Below, one piece after another: positions 9,681 through 19,820 of a DNA stretch of 64,000 nucleotides. Location of the stretch: NCBI GenBank assembly GCA_963727775.1, contig CAVSHB010000003.1:288001-352000 (forward strand). The letters run 5' to 3'. Source of the DNA: an uncultured Nitrospiraceae bacterium (GTDB lineage: Bacteria; Nitrospirota; Thermodesulfovibrionia; Thermodesulfovibrionales; SM23-35). How positions within the stretch are numbered: the first letter of the stretch is position 1; the number at the start of each line of letters is the position of its first letter. The notes below the pieces were generated by a model. The model made no database searches, was not told where the DNA came from, and saw nothing but the letters and a program-made list of their open reading frames with translations. Both the position numbers and the translations under genes were made by a program.

Positions 9681-10871
9681 TTATGTTTGTTCTGTGCTTC
9701 TCAACATTACTCCGGTCAGAAACAGAAAAGCCATTGACACAAGTACGAGAGAGGCCGCGATAAAAGAATATCCCATGCCGAACTGTGAAGCAACGATTCC
9801 GGCAACAATAGGACCTGTCGTATGCCCGACATCCATGATCGAGCCGAGAGTCCCCATTGCCGAACCCCTTGTGCTCTGCCTGCTCAAATCCGCGATCAAC
9901 GCGGAAGTGGCGGATGTAACTATCGAGAGGCAGAGACCGAAAGATACGCTTAGGAGGAGAAATGCCATAAATGTTTTGAAGAGAAAGAAACTGCCGATAC
10001 AGACGGAACCGATAATTGAGCCTGCAAATATCTGCGGTTTTCTCCCGTGCCTGTCCGAAAACTTTCCCATGACGGGCTTTGTGAGGGCGAGGGTAATTAT
10101 CTGCGATGAGAGAAATATACCGATTTCATAAGCTGACAAGCCGATCTTTATCGAATAGAGTGGAAGAAAGGTCTCAAAAATGCCGTACGCAAAAAGGACC
10201 GATGCTTCAACGATGCATGTTAGCAGGATGTTCTTATCAGAAAGAACAGCTTTCAATGATGCGATTGTTCTTTCGTCTTTCGGTTCGCTTCTCATTTCCT
10301 CAGCCGGATCCGGCAAGGTGATTACCAGCAGCAGAGTCAGAACACCTGCAGTCCCGCAGACGAGATAGACGACTTTAAAGCTGAGAAACGGATTGAATGC
10401 CATTGCTCCCAAGATGGCGCCGCCGATAATAGGCGCCATAAATCGTCCGGCAAGGGTCGATGTCGAAAACCACCCCATCTTCTCTCCCCTTTGCTCCCGG
10501 AAGATATCAGCCACCAAAGCCATAGCAACGGGTATGAAAATGGCTGTTGCAAAGCCATGGTAGAATCTTATCAGAGCGAGTTGCCACAACGCAGTCACAA
10601 AGAGATAGAGAAACGGGGCAGTGGAAAAGACAATGGCCGAGAATACCAAAATTCTCTTGCGTCCTAACCTATCGGATAATATTCCCGCCGGGATGCTGGC
10701 AATGATACCTGTAAAAGCAGATACTCCAGCTATTAATCCAACCAACGCGGGACTTGCTCCGAGATACGAAGTGAACAATGGTAGAACAGGACTTTTTGAG
10801 ATCGTTGAGCTGAATATGGCAAACAATCCTGAAGTACAGAGCAGGATAAACGGACTGATTTTCAATGGCAT
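9681..10871 (-). CDS. MFS transporter
   Basis: GILSDRLGRK and GKFSDRHGRK motif A; about 12 hydrophobic segments. Confidence 0.92.
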   Translation of the reverse strand: MPLKISPFILLCTSGLFAIFSSTISKSPVLPLFTSYLGASPALVGLIAGVSAFTGIIASIPAGILSDRLGRKRILVFSAIVFSTAPFLYLFVTALWQLALIRFYHGFATAIFIPVAMALVADIFREQRGEKMGWFSTSTLAGRFMAPIIGGAILGAMAFNPFLSFKVVYLVCGTAGVLTLLLVITLPDPAEEMRSEPKDERTIASLKAVLSDKNILLTCIVEASVLFAYGIFETFLPLYSIKIGLSAYEIGIFLSSQIITLALTKPVMGKFSDRHGRKPQIFAGSIIGSVCIGSFFLFKTFMAFLLLSVSFGLCLSIVTSATSALIADLSRQSTRGSAMGTLGSIMDVGHTTGPIVAGIVASQFGMGYSFIAASLVLVSMAFLFLTGVMLRSTEQT

Positions 10872-10997
10872 AGTATCAATATAGCAATATTGTGCTTATT
10901 TATCTAACGGATAGAACCCTTTCCCTTTTCATAAATTCTTATTTGTTGACATTAAGATTGTTTTTTTATATCCTAACTTTCGGGGTTAAAAACAATA

Positions 10998-11615
10998 ATG
11001 AAGATTTTCCCAAAAGAAACCGACTTCTTTTTGATTTTCGATAAAGCTGCTGCAAATGTCACACATGCGGCCACTCTCCTGGTGGGCATAATGGAGCACT
11101 TTTCCAATTTGGAAGCCTGGGCCAAAGAAGTACACGAACTGGAACAGGAAGGTGATGTATTTACCCATGATATCATAAGAAAATTGAACAAAACTTTCGT
11201 CACTCCTATAGACAGGGAAGATATTCATGCGCTCGCTTCTTCATTAGATGATATTCTGGATCTTATATGGGGCGCTGCCGACAGGCTCATTGTGTTCAAA
11301 TTGAAAGAATCTACAAAATGGGCGATCACAATGTCAAAAGACCTTCTGACCACTGTGGAATTGGTTGAGAAGGCAATAAAGAAAATGAGAGAAAAGAATT
11401 ATCCCCATATCCAGGAATATTGTATCGAGATCAATAAACTCGAAAACAGGATAGACAGGGGGTTCAGAGACGCATTGGGACATCTGTTTGAAGAAATGAA
11501 AGACCCTATCCTCATTATTAAATGGAAAGAAATTTACGAACACCTCGAAAATGCCTCTGACAAGTGTGAGGATGTTGCCAATATACTGGAAGCTATAGTC
11601 CTCAAAAATGCCTGA
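10998..11615 (+). CDS. DUF47 (PhoU-like) phosphate transport regulator
   Basis: FVTPIDREDI and E.ASDKCEDVAN motifs; coupled to the PiT gene. Confidence 0.92.
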   Translation: MKIFPKETDFFLIFDKAAANVTHAATLLVGIMEHFSNLEAWAKEVHELEQEGDVFTHDIIRKLNKTFVTPIDREDIHALASSLDDILDLIWGAADRLIVFKLKESTKWAITMSKDLLTTVELVEKAIKKMREKNYPHIQEYCIEINKLENRIDRGFRDALGHLFEEMKDPILIIKWKEIYEHLENASDKCEDVANILEAIVLKNA

Positions 11616-12603
11616 GACTTTTTTATTACTCCTCTGTGTCATAGTCCTCGCACTGATCTTTGATTTTATAAACGGTTTTCACGATACGGCAAACGCTATA
11701 GCCACTTCTGTATCAACAAGGGTTTTAACGCCTAAAGTGGCTGTATTCATGGCTGCAATATTAAATATGGTCGGCGCGTTGTCAGGCACCGCAGTAGCAA
11801 AAACAGTAGGGGCAGGACTTGTGCAGGCTGCGTCGGTAACGCAGGTGACTGTTATTTCCGCTCTGCTTGCCGCTATAGTCTGGGATTTGATTACATGGTA
11901 TTTCGGGCTTCCAACCTCATCAAGCCATGCCGTACTTTCAGGGATAGTAGGCGCCGCAATTGCCACGTCGGGATTTAGCGTTATTATTTCAAAAGGGGTT
12001 TATAAGGTTTTCCTCGGGCTGGTTCTTTCCCCTCTTATTGGATTTATCCTGAGTATTTTTTTAATGTCATTCCTAATGTGGTTATTCAGGCGATCTACGC
12101 CGACACTGGTCAGTAGTCTTTTTGGACGGCTTCAGATCGTATCAGCCGCTTACATGGCCTTTAGCCATGGCAGCAACGACGCACAGAAAACCATGGGTAT
12201 AATAACAATGGCCCTCATCAGTTATTATCATCTTCCTGATTTCCATGTCCCTCTGTGGGTCATCTTGCTTTGCGCTACGGCAATGGCATGCGGTACAGCT
12301 GTAGGGGGCTGGCGGATAATAAAGACCCTCGGCGTTAAGCTTGTTCAGCTGCGGCCCATCCACGGTTTTGCTGCCGAGACTGCGGCGGCTACTGTTATTG
12401 AGGTTGCCTCAAGAATCGGTCTTCCACTGTCGACTACCCATGTAATCTCATCCACAATAATGGGCGTAGGCGCGTCAAAAAGGTTTTCAGCAGTGAGATG
12501 GGGAATTGGAGGGAATATCGTCGTTGCATGGGTCCTTACGATTCCTGCATGTGTAATTCTCTCATGGGTTATCTGCAAGGCGCTGCATCTGTTTATTAGA
12601 TAG
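11608..12603 (+). CDS. pit: Inorganic phosphate transporter, PiT family
   Basis: GFHDTANAIAT, HGSNDAQKTMG and LPLSTTH motifs. Confidence 0.95.
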   Translation: MPETFLLLLCVIVLALIFDFINGFHDTANAIATSVSTRVLTPKVAVFMAAILNMVGALSGTAVAKTVGAGLVQAASVTQVTVISALLAAIVWDLITWYFGLPTSSSHAVLSGIVGAAIATSGFSVIISKGVYKVFLGLVLSPLIGFILSIFLMSFLMWLFRRSTPTLVSSLFGRLQIVSAAYMAFSHGSNDAQKTMGIITMALISYYHLPDFHVPLWVILLCATAMACGTAVGGWRIIKTLGVKLVQLRPIHGFAAETAAATVIEVASRIGLPLSTTHVISSTIMGVGASKRFSAVRWGIGGNIVVAWVLTIPACVILSWVICKALHLFIR

Positions 12604-13684
12604 GGTTTGACTGCAATAAATCTCTTAGAGTATTTTCGGTCACTCCTTTGTGTATCCTCACTTGCCCGATCTTTTCAGGAAAGATGAATTTCATCTCACC
12701 GGCAACCGCTTTTTTGTCGAGCCGCATGGAGAGGAGAATACTTTGCGCGTCCATATCCGCAGGTATTTCTGATGGGAGCCCGTATGAGTCGATTACAGCC
12801 TTAATCCTGGAAACCTGGTCCTTATCAATAAGGCCGAGCATCTGAGAGAGCCTGGCCTCAAGGAACATTCCTATTGCAACGGCCTCTCCGTGAAGAAATC
12901 TTTTATAGCCTGAAACCGTCTCAACTGCATGTCCAATTGTATGCCCGTAATTCAATATGGCCCTTAATCCCGACTCCCTTTCATCTTTAGAAACAACGTC
13001 CGCCTTTATCTCACATGACCGTTTGATTATATAGGTAATCGCCCAGCTATTGAGGTCCAGTATTTTATCTTTATCCGCTTCAATAAAATCAAACAATTCT
13101 CCATCATAAATAACTCCGTATTTAATCACTTCCGCAATCCCGGCCAACAGTTCCTTTTTCGGAAGGGTTTTCAAAGTCTCTACGTCGATCCAGACAAGTC
13201 GCGGCTGCCAGAAGGTGCCTATCATGTTCTTTCCCAGTTTATGGTTCACGCCGGTCTTGCCTCCGACAGAACTATCCACTTGGGCGAGCAATGTTGTGGG
13301 TATCTGAATACAGGAGATCCCTCTCATATATGTAGACGCGGCGAATCCTGTTATATCGCCTATAACACCTCCGCCCAGCGCGATCAGCGCTGACGACCTG
13401 TCAAGTTTAATCCTGAGAAGTTCGTCATATATATGCTGCACCCAGAGAAGGTCTTTGTATTCCTCGCCATCCGGGATGGTTATAGTGGATAATTCAAACC
13501 CTGCCTTTTTTACAGAATCCGATACACGATCGCCATACAGTGAAAAAACAGTCGGGTTACTGACGATCGCAATCCTGGGGCTCAGGTCAAACAGTTTGAG
13601 CTTCTCCCCTATCCCTTCAAGGATATTGTTTCCGATAGAAATATTGTAGCTTCTCTCAGCAAGATCGACCCTTATCTTTTCCAT
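12596..13684 (-). CDS. aroB: 3-dehydroquinate synthase
   Basis: GGGVIGD, PTTLLAQVDSSVGGKTG, LNYGHT, HGEAV motifs. Confidence 0.97.
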   Translation of the reverse strand: MEKIRVDLAERSYNISIGNNILEGIGEKLKLFDLSPRIAIVSNPTVFSLYGDRVSDSVKKAGFELSTITIPDGEEYKDLLWVQHIYDELLRIKLDRSSALIALGGGVIGDITGFAASTYMRGISCIQIPTTLLAQVDSSVGGKTGVNHKLGKNMIGTFWQPRLVWIDVETLKTLPKKELLAGIAEVIKYGVIYDGELFDFIEADKDKILDLNSWAITYIIKRSCEIKADVVSKDERESGLRAILNYGHTIGHAVETVSGYKRFLHGEAVAIGMFLEARLSQMLGLIDKDQVSRIKAVIDSYGLPSEIPADMDAQSILLSMRLDKKAVAGEMKFIFPEKIGQVRIHKGVTENTLRDLLQSNPI

Positions 13685-13731
13685 TTTTTCCTTAAATCTG
13701 TATTTTTAATATCTAAATCCTGAAGTCCAAT

Positions 13732-14241
13732 TTATCCCGACTTCCGAATTTTTTCTACTATTTCCTTCGCTATCCGGAGAGGGGTTTTGTCTTCCGTGTC
13801 AATCATTATATCCGCTTTTTCATAAAAAGGTTTTCTTAAATTCAAAAGTTCGTTTATCTTTGCCAACGGGTTTGCGACCTGAAGCAAAGGCCTATCGCTG
13901 TTATTGCCTGTCCTTTGGAGTATTGTTTCGGGTGTCGCCATAAGACATATAATTATGCCGGTTTTCTTCAGGAGACCGATATTTTCCTGTTTCATTACCG
14001 CGCCTCCGCCGGTAGAAATTATAATGTTCTCATTATTAGTCACCTTTTTTATCATTTCTGTTTCTATTTCCCTGAACTTTTTTTCGCCGGACTGCTTGAA
14101 TATCTCATTAATTGTCGTCTGCTCAGCTTTTTCTATCTCGGAGTCCAGATCTATCAGCCTCATGTCGAGGAGTCGGGCAAGCTCTTTGCCGACCGCGGTC
14201 TTGCCGGCCCCCATAAAGCCTGTAAGGACAATATTCTTCAT
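13732..14241 (-). CDS. aroK: Shikimate kinase
   Basis: GFMGAGKT P-loop, FREIE, STGGG, RPLL. Confidence 0.97.
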   Translation of the reverse strand: MKNIVLTGFMGAGKTAVGKELARLLDMRLIDLDSEIEKAEQTTINEIFKQSGEKKFREIETEMIKKVTNNENIIISTGGGAVMKQENIGLLKKTGIIICLMATPETILQRTGNNSDRPLLQVANPLAKINELLNLRKPFYEKADIMIDTEDKTPLRIAKEIVEKIRKSG

Positions 14242-14298
14242 AGCTGAAGATATTGTATTTTTTTACAGGGGCATAGGTCAATCTGTTATATTGTTATT

Positions 14299-15402
14299 AT
14301 GAAAAAGGTTTTGGTAGGCATGAGCGGAGGGGTGGACTCTTCTGTAACGGCATATCTTCTGAAGAAACAGGGATATGAAGTCGAAGGGCTTTCCTTTATA
14401 ATGTGGGAACCTCAAACAGGTCCATTCGCAGAAGCATGTTGTTCCCTCCGGGCGATAGAGGATGTAGCGGATACCGCCCGTCATATTGGGATACCCCACA
14501 GTGTAATCGATGTCCGGAAAGAGTTTATGGAAAAAGTCGTGAAACCTTTCGTAAACGCATATGTTTCGGGCATGACCCCCAATCCGTGTATCATGTGCAA
14601 TAAGTTTATCAAGTTTCCTTTTCTCCTGACAAAGGCCGAAAGCGAAGGCGCTCATTATATTGCGACAGGGCATTATGCAAAGATCGACACAAAGTTTTTT
14701 TTAAAGAAAGGTATCGATCCTAAAAAAGACCAGTCGTATGTCTTATATGTTTTGAAAGAGGATGCGCTGAAAAGACTTATATTGCCACTGGGAGATTACA
14801 GGAAGAACGACGTCAGAAAAATGGCAAGGGAACTCGGACTTCCGGCGGCGAACAGATCCGAAAGCCAGGAGATATGTTTTATCGAGGAAAGAAATTATTC
14901 CGGCTTCATCGAGAAATTTTCCGGTATTACCGCGAAACCGGGGCCGATTGTTGATTCAAGCGGAAAGGCGATAGGAAAGCATAAAGGGATTTACGGATAT
15001 ACCATCGGCCAGAGAAAGGGTATGGGCATATCATCTCCGGAACCCCTTTATGTTGCGGATATCGATATATTGAAGAATACAATATGTGCGGGAGATCGCA
15101 AGTCGGCAAGAAAAAGAGAATTATTGGTCGAGGACCTAAACTGGATTATGCCCCCTCCCTCTAAATCATTCAGTGCCTCTGTGAAGGTACGTTCCACAAT
15201 GAGGGACGAACCAGCAGCTATATCCTTGCAGATAAATCCCTTCTTACCCCATTCTGCTAAGGCAAAGGAGGTGGAATTACCAGACGAAAGTGTCCATGTG
15301 GTTTTTGATGAGCCTCAGTGGGCGCCTGCGCCCGGACAGAGCGCTGTGTTTTACGACCGGGACCTGGTTATCGGCGGAGGGACAATTAAAAAATCATTTT
15401 AA
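14299..15402 (+). CDS. mnmA: tRNA-specific 2-thiouridylase
   Basis: SGGVDSS, TPNPC, ATGHYA, KDQSY, SQEICF, TIGQRKG, PGQ motifs. Confidence 0.97.
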   Translation: MKKVLVGMSGGVDSSVTAYLLKKQGYEVEGLSFIMWEPQTGPFAEACCSLRAIEDVADTARHIGIPHSVIDVRKEFMEKVVKPFVNAYVSGMTPNPCIMCNKFIKFPFLLTKAESEGAHYIATGHYAKIDTKFFLKKGIDPKKDQSYVLYVLKEDALKRLILPLGDYRKNDVRKMARELGLPAANRSESQEICFIEERNYSGFIEKFSGITAKPGPIVDSSGKAIGKHKGIYGYTIGQRKGMGISSPEPLYVADIDILKNTICAGDRKSARKRELLVEDLNWIMPPPSKSFSASVKVRSTMRDEPAAISLQINPFLPHSAKAKEVELPDESVHVVFDEPQWAPAPGQSAVFYDRDLVIGGGTIKKSF

Positions 15403-16264
15403 GCGCATCACGCGCTATCTCTACCGTTGCCGGAGTCATGCCAAGGTAATCACCATCTATCTGGATGTGTGCTCTGCCGAGTATTTCCATATGCTCTGCT
15501 TTTATATAAACGACATCTTTATACTCCAGATGTCTTCCCATTGTTACGCCAAAGGCATATCGCAGGATATCGAGACTTTTCCTGCCCTTAAAAATACAGG
15601 CGTAAAGGTTCGGATCGGTGATTTTTGCATCCGGTGTGATAATGAAATTTCCTCCGTATTTTGCCGCATTCGCTATGATTGCAGAATATCCTGAATAGGG
15701 CTTGCCGTCAACATTGAAGGTCAACTCATCCGGCTTAAACCGGCAGAGAGTTTTTATTCCGCTGAAGATGTATGCTCCCTTGCCTGAAATTTTTTTGAGA
15801 CCTTCATTTATCCCAAAGACCGCCTCGCCGTCAAAACCAATCCCGGCCATAAGAACAAAATAACGGGGGTTATGATCATCTCTCAGGGTTATCTTTCCGA
15901 GAGAGACTGTTTTCGGAACGGACCTTACCGCGACGGTCATTGCTCCCCGTACATCATCAGGAATACCAAGTTCTTTGGCGAGCACATTTGTGGTGCCCAT
16001 GGGCAGTATTGCCACCGGGGTATCTGTGCCGGCGACACCGTTTATCACTTCATTTATTGTGCCGTCTCCGCCGGCAGCGACAATGAAATATGGAGAACCG
16101 CTTATCGCATTTTTGGCGAGGTTCTCTGCATCCCCCTTTTTCTCAGTGAAAAGCACTTCTACTTTGTATCCCTTTGATTGCAGGAAGTACGAAGCCACGG
16201 CCGTTCTTTTGTCGGACGCGTGCTTTGCGACGGGATTATTGATAAGGACGATTAGGGATTTCAT
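15386..16264 (-). CDS. Diacylglycerol/lipid kinase family protein
   Basis: NP.A, GGDGT, PMGTTN and QIDGD motifs. Confidence 0.93.
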   Translation of the reverse strand: MKSLIVLINNPVAKHASDKRTAVASYFLQSKGYKVEVLFTEKKGDAENLAKNAISGSPYFIVAAGGDGTINEVINGVAGTDTPVAILPMGTTNVLAKELGIPDDVRGAMTVAVRSVPKTVSLGKITLRDDHNPRYFVLMAGIGFDGEAVFGINEGLKKISGKGAYIFSGIKTLCRFKPDELTFNVDGKPYSGYSAIIANAAKYGGNFIITPDAKITDPNLYACIFKGRKSLDILRYAFGVTMGRHLEYKDVVYIKAEHMEILGRAHIQIDGDYLGMTPATVEIARDALKMIF

Positions 16265-16275
16265 CAGCTCCGATA

Positions 16276-17046
16276 TTAACCTTTGCTCAGTGTAATTTTT
16301 CCGATTATTGCAGGTACCTTTTCAAGATAATTTATCAGCTCTTGAACATCAGTACCTTCTTTAACAAAAAATGCCCTTCCACCACTTTTGCTTTTTTGGC
16401 GTTTGATATTCGGGATCCTCAGATATCCTAATTCTTTAGATGCCACATAGCCGGTTATGTAGTCCGGATCATCGGATATACATAATTCAGCCGATACTGC
16501 GGGATAAGCCGCGACTTTTGATGCAAGGATAATGGCCTCTTTAACGGTATCAGTATTGATCCCGGACCGTGAAAGTTTCGATGACAAAGACCTTAAGGCG
16601 GTTTTTTTGATACCGAGCCTTGACACTCTTACTCCTCTTTCCTTATCAGGCTCAAGACGTCTTCCTTTCTTCGCCGTGATAATAGCTGCGCCTCTCATGG
16701 CGCCTTTCTTAATCAGCTCAAAGGCAGTGCCGACGGCTTTTTTCGATATACCTAATGATTGAAGGAGTGTGTTTGCTATTTCCAACCCTTCAGACGGTGA
16801 CCGGCAATCGATTGTACTTACGGGCAGGGCGGAGATTTCCTCAGGACTTTGCTTTATATCTTCAATTGTGAGTATGATTATATCGGCTTTCCCTTTCGGG
16901 TGGCGCAATGCCCTTTCAATATAACTCTTGACCGTCCGCTGAATATCCGACGCTTCATAAAGCCCCTCGGCGCCGGAAATATGTATTTCTTTTTGACTTC
17001 TGACAGTCTTCGATGCCCTCATCCTTATGCTCCATAAATTCTTCAT
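16276..17046 (-). CDS. bioW: 6-carboxyhexanoate-CoA ligase (pimeloyl-CoA synthetase)
   Basis: SIRMRAS, HISGAE, ALRHPKG, MRGA, ELCISDDPDY motifs; start taken at the second Met. Confidence 0.92.
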   Translation of the reverse strand: MKNLWSIRMRASKTVRSQKEIHISGAEGLYEASDIQRTVKSYIERALRHPKGKADIIILTIEDIKQSPEEISALPVSTIDCRSPSEGLEIANTLLQSLGISKKAVGTAFELIKKGAMRGAAIITAKKGRRLEPDKERGVRVSRLGIKKTALRSLSSKLSRSGINTDTVKEAIILASKVAAYPAVSAELCISDDPDYITGYVASKELGYLRIPNIKRQKSKSGGRAFFVKEGTDVQELINYLEKVPAIIGKITLSKG

Positions 17047-17156
17047 ACAGGAGTGATTATACTCCAAAACTTCAATTAGAAGAATGTGGATATCGCGATA
17101 CAGATAGCCGTTGACGAGTGATAGATCTACAGAAAAGCTGCGAGAATAGAAAAAAA

Positions 17157-17423
17157 TTAATCAAACAACGATGACAATGTCTCTGTCTGTTCCTCAATGT
17201 GTTTTGCCAGCTCATCCTGTTCACTCCGGAGTTTGAAGAGTTCGTCTGCGACATCCAGCGCAACAAGAATAGTTGCCTTTACGGGGGTGATATTCGGAGA
17301 TGCATTGTAGACTTCTTTTAATTTTTTATCGACAAAAGCGGCAAGCTCCCTTATATACTCCTCGGGTTCCTCTCCCTTTATCGTATATTTCTGGCCAAGG
17401 ATGTAGACCTCGGTGATACCCAT
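17157..17423 (-). CDS. zapA: Cell division protein ZapA
   Basis: VYILGQKYTI...LAAFVDKKL...ILVALDVADEL. Confidence 0.9.
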   Translation of the reverse strand: MGITEVYILGQKYTIKGEEPEEYIRELAAFVDKKLKEVYNASPNITPVKATILVALDVADELFKLRSEQDELAKHIEEQTETLSSLFD

Positions 17424-17427
17424 ATCT

Positions 17428-17727
17428 TTAATCTAATTCGAGGGTTTCAAGCTCATTAAGGAGAGTTTCAAGCTGGCTTTTTATCACGTTTTTTTCCGTC
17501 CTGAGCTGTTCGACTTCCTGATTTTTTTCATCCAGTAATCTTTCAAGCTCCTTTATCTGTCTCTCAGTAACCGACTTTTCTTCCTTAAGGGTCTTGACCC
17601 TCTCAATTGCTATGGTGATTTTATCTTCAAGGCTCTTGAATTTTTCCAATGGTATAGCCTCCTTTTTTAAGTCTTTTGGTTGTTCCATAAGTTGGTCGTC
17701 GTCAAAGAGGGTCTTCTTCAAAACCAT
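17428..17727 (-). CDS. Coiled-coil protein, ZapB-like
   Basis: Coiled-coil LEDKI..AIE..KTLKEE; directly upstream of zapA. Confidence 0.7.
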   Translation of the reverse strand: MVLKKTLFDDDQLMEQPKDLKKEAIPLEKFKSLEDKITIAIERVKTLKEEKSVTERQIKELERLLDEKNQEVEQLRTEKNVIKSQLETLLNELETLELD

Positions 17728-17761
17728 CGTTCCTAAAATAACAGAATATTTATGTTAAAGT

Positions 17762-19696
17762 CTACAACTTTTCAATAGGTATTTCCGCACAGCTGTCCCC
17801 TGTTGAAGTAATCCGCTTGTATTCAAAAAAAGTCTTTAGAACTCTCTTCACATAGTTCCTCGTCTCGCTGTATGGGATGTCCTCAATAAATTCATCAGGA
17901 GATTTGTAATTTCTTTTTTTCAGCCACACTTTCACTATTTCCTCTCCTGCATTATAAGCAGCGACCGCAGAAGTGTAAGAACCGAATTCTTTGACCAAAC
18001 GGCTCAGATAATATGTCCCGACGTGAAGATTGTTTTTGGTATTAAGGATATCATGCGAATTGTCTATCCCCACCTTCAGCTTCGTGTCAAACCGGTAAGC
18101 AGTCTTGGGCATGAGCTGCATAAGCCCGAGTGCTCCTGCAGGAGACCTCGCATCAGAATCAAACCTGCTCTCTTCCCTTACAACCGAGAGCACAAGGAGC
18201 GGATCGATACCATATTTTTTTGCAAGACCTTCAACGGTATCCCTGTAGGCCAAAGGATACAGAAAAGAGTGAAGTTCTTCCTTATAAGGCACCTTCACTG
18301 CCAACTTGACCAGGTTTTTGTAATCTCCAAGTTCCTGTAATTTTGAGCAGATATATAAAATATCTTCTATCGAATCCGTATTTTTTGAAATAAAGATCAT
18401 CTCTGTTAAGGCCTCTTTGGATAACCCAATATCAAGGAGGGCTTCGACACGGTCAATTTTCTTACGGACCGCAGGAACAGCTTTAACAGGCGTTATGCTC
18501 TTGATGAATTTGAAGTCTTCACTGCCGTTGGACTGTTTGGCGAACCTTTTCACCCTCAGATACGATAGTGTGCTGTAAAAATTATGTTCTTTTTCCATGA
18601 TGGCGGTATAGATCTTTACCGGATCATCTCCTGCAGCTTCGAGACTCCGTGCCTTCCAGTAAAGATATTTCGGATCGTTATAAGAATTATGGAGCCTGGC
18701 AAAAACATTCGATGCCTTTTTGTATTCCCCTGTGAGGAAGTATGTCCAGCCGATGCCCCAGAGGGCTTCTTCGCCCTCGGCAGGATAGCGATCCATAATA
18801 TTCTGATACAGACTTACGGCTTCACCGGCATCTCCCTCCCTTCTTCTATCCGAAGCAACAGCGATAAGGAGAGAACCCATCCTTTTGTCCCTGCTTTTTA
18901 AGAGTTCATCAACGGCGGTTATGATCGGCCCCTTATCTCCCGCGCGATACAAAGACCGCAATTCCCAGTATCTCTCATCGGCCTTTCTATAGACTTCCGC
19001 GGCTTCATGGTATTTTTTTTGTCTGAACAGAGAAAGGCCGAGGGTCTGCAAGATTTGCTTTTTCAGGCTTCCGTCATCTTTTGCTCCGGCAGATTTCAGC
19101 GCGGATTCGGCGCTTTTGAAATCCGTTTCTTTAATCAGATTTGCGGCCCTTCTCACTAAATCTTCCGCACTTAAATCAGAGGATTTCAACTCACTCTGTG
19201 TCGCCGCTGAAAATGGTCCGGCCTCTATATAGATATCCTTAAAGATTGATTTTGCTTTATCCGGCTGATCATGGTTCTTGAGCCATCGGGCATATGAATA
19301 CCTTATCTCTGTGTCATCGGGATAATCTTTTATATAGGATCTGTATAACTTTTGAACGGATTGCTCCGAGACTTCTTCGGCTTCGTTAATCTCTCTGATC
19401 CGGGAATTCTTTAACAAAGGGGAACGGGGATATTTTTTGAGGAGTGACCGGACCGCATTGAGAGACTCTTCATGATTTCCATTGTCATGATAAGCATCGG
19501 AAACCCAGAATAAGGCATAATCGCCCAATAGAGGAAATTCTTTTGCCGCTGTACACAGGCTTGCTATGGCAGCTTCATATTTCTTGTGTTCGAGTTCATT
19601 TTTGCCTTTTTTGAGATAAGCCTTGCCGTCCATTTGACTGCTGTATACCGGCAAACATGAAGTTAAAAACAGTATGAGGACTAAAACGCTCTTCAT
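17762..19696 (-). CDS. slt: Soluble lytic transglycosylase with TPR repeats
   Basis: REESRF, SPAGALGLMQLMP, AAYNAG, ETRNYV motifs; N-terminal signal peptide. Confidence 0.92.
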   Translation of the reverse strand: MKSVLVLILFLTSCLPVYSSQMDGKAYLKKGKNELEHKKYEAAIASLCTAAKEFPLLGDYALFWVSDAYHDNGNHEESLNAVRSLLKKYPRSPLLKNSRIREINEAEEVSEQSVQKLYRSYIKDYPDDTEIRYSYARWLKNHDQPDKAKSIFKDIYIEAGPFSAATQSELKSSDLSAEDLVRRAANLIKETDFKSAESALKSAGAKDDGSLKKQILQTLGLSLFRQKKYHEAAEVYRKADERYWELRSLYRAGDKGPIITAVDELLKSRDKRMGSLLIAVASDRRREGDAGEAVSLYQNIMDRYPAEGEEALWGIGWTYFLTGEYKKASNVFARLHNSYNDPKYLYWKARSLEAAGDDPVKIYTAIMEKEHNFYSTLSYLRVKRFAKQSNGSEDFKFIKSITPVKAVPAVRKKIDRVEALLDIGLSKEALTEMIFISKNTDSIEDILYICSKLQELGDYKNLVKLAVKVPYKEELHSFLYPLAYRDTVEGLAKKYGIDPLLVLSVVREESRFDSDARSPAGALGLMQLMPKTAYRFDTKLKVGIDNSHDILNTKNNLHVGTYYLSRLVKEFGSYTSAVAAYNAGEEIVKVWLKKRNYKSPDEFIEDIPYSETRNYVKRVLKTFFEYKRITSTGDSCAEIPIEKL

Positions 19697-19820
19697 GAAA
19701 TTATCATAGCCAAAATGGTTTTTTTAGGCAATAGAACATGAGTAGAAGAACGTTGGGCCCATAACAATCCGCACAGCAAATTCGATAGAATATTTACCTG
19801 TTCTGTGATATATTTCTTTA

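Noticed and set aside
17050..17156. 6S RNA downstream of zapA
   Set aside because: The gap to bioW is only about 110 bp and shows no long 6S-like stem
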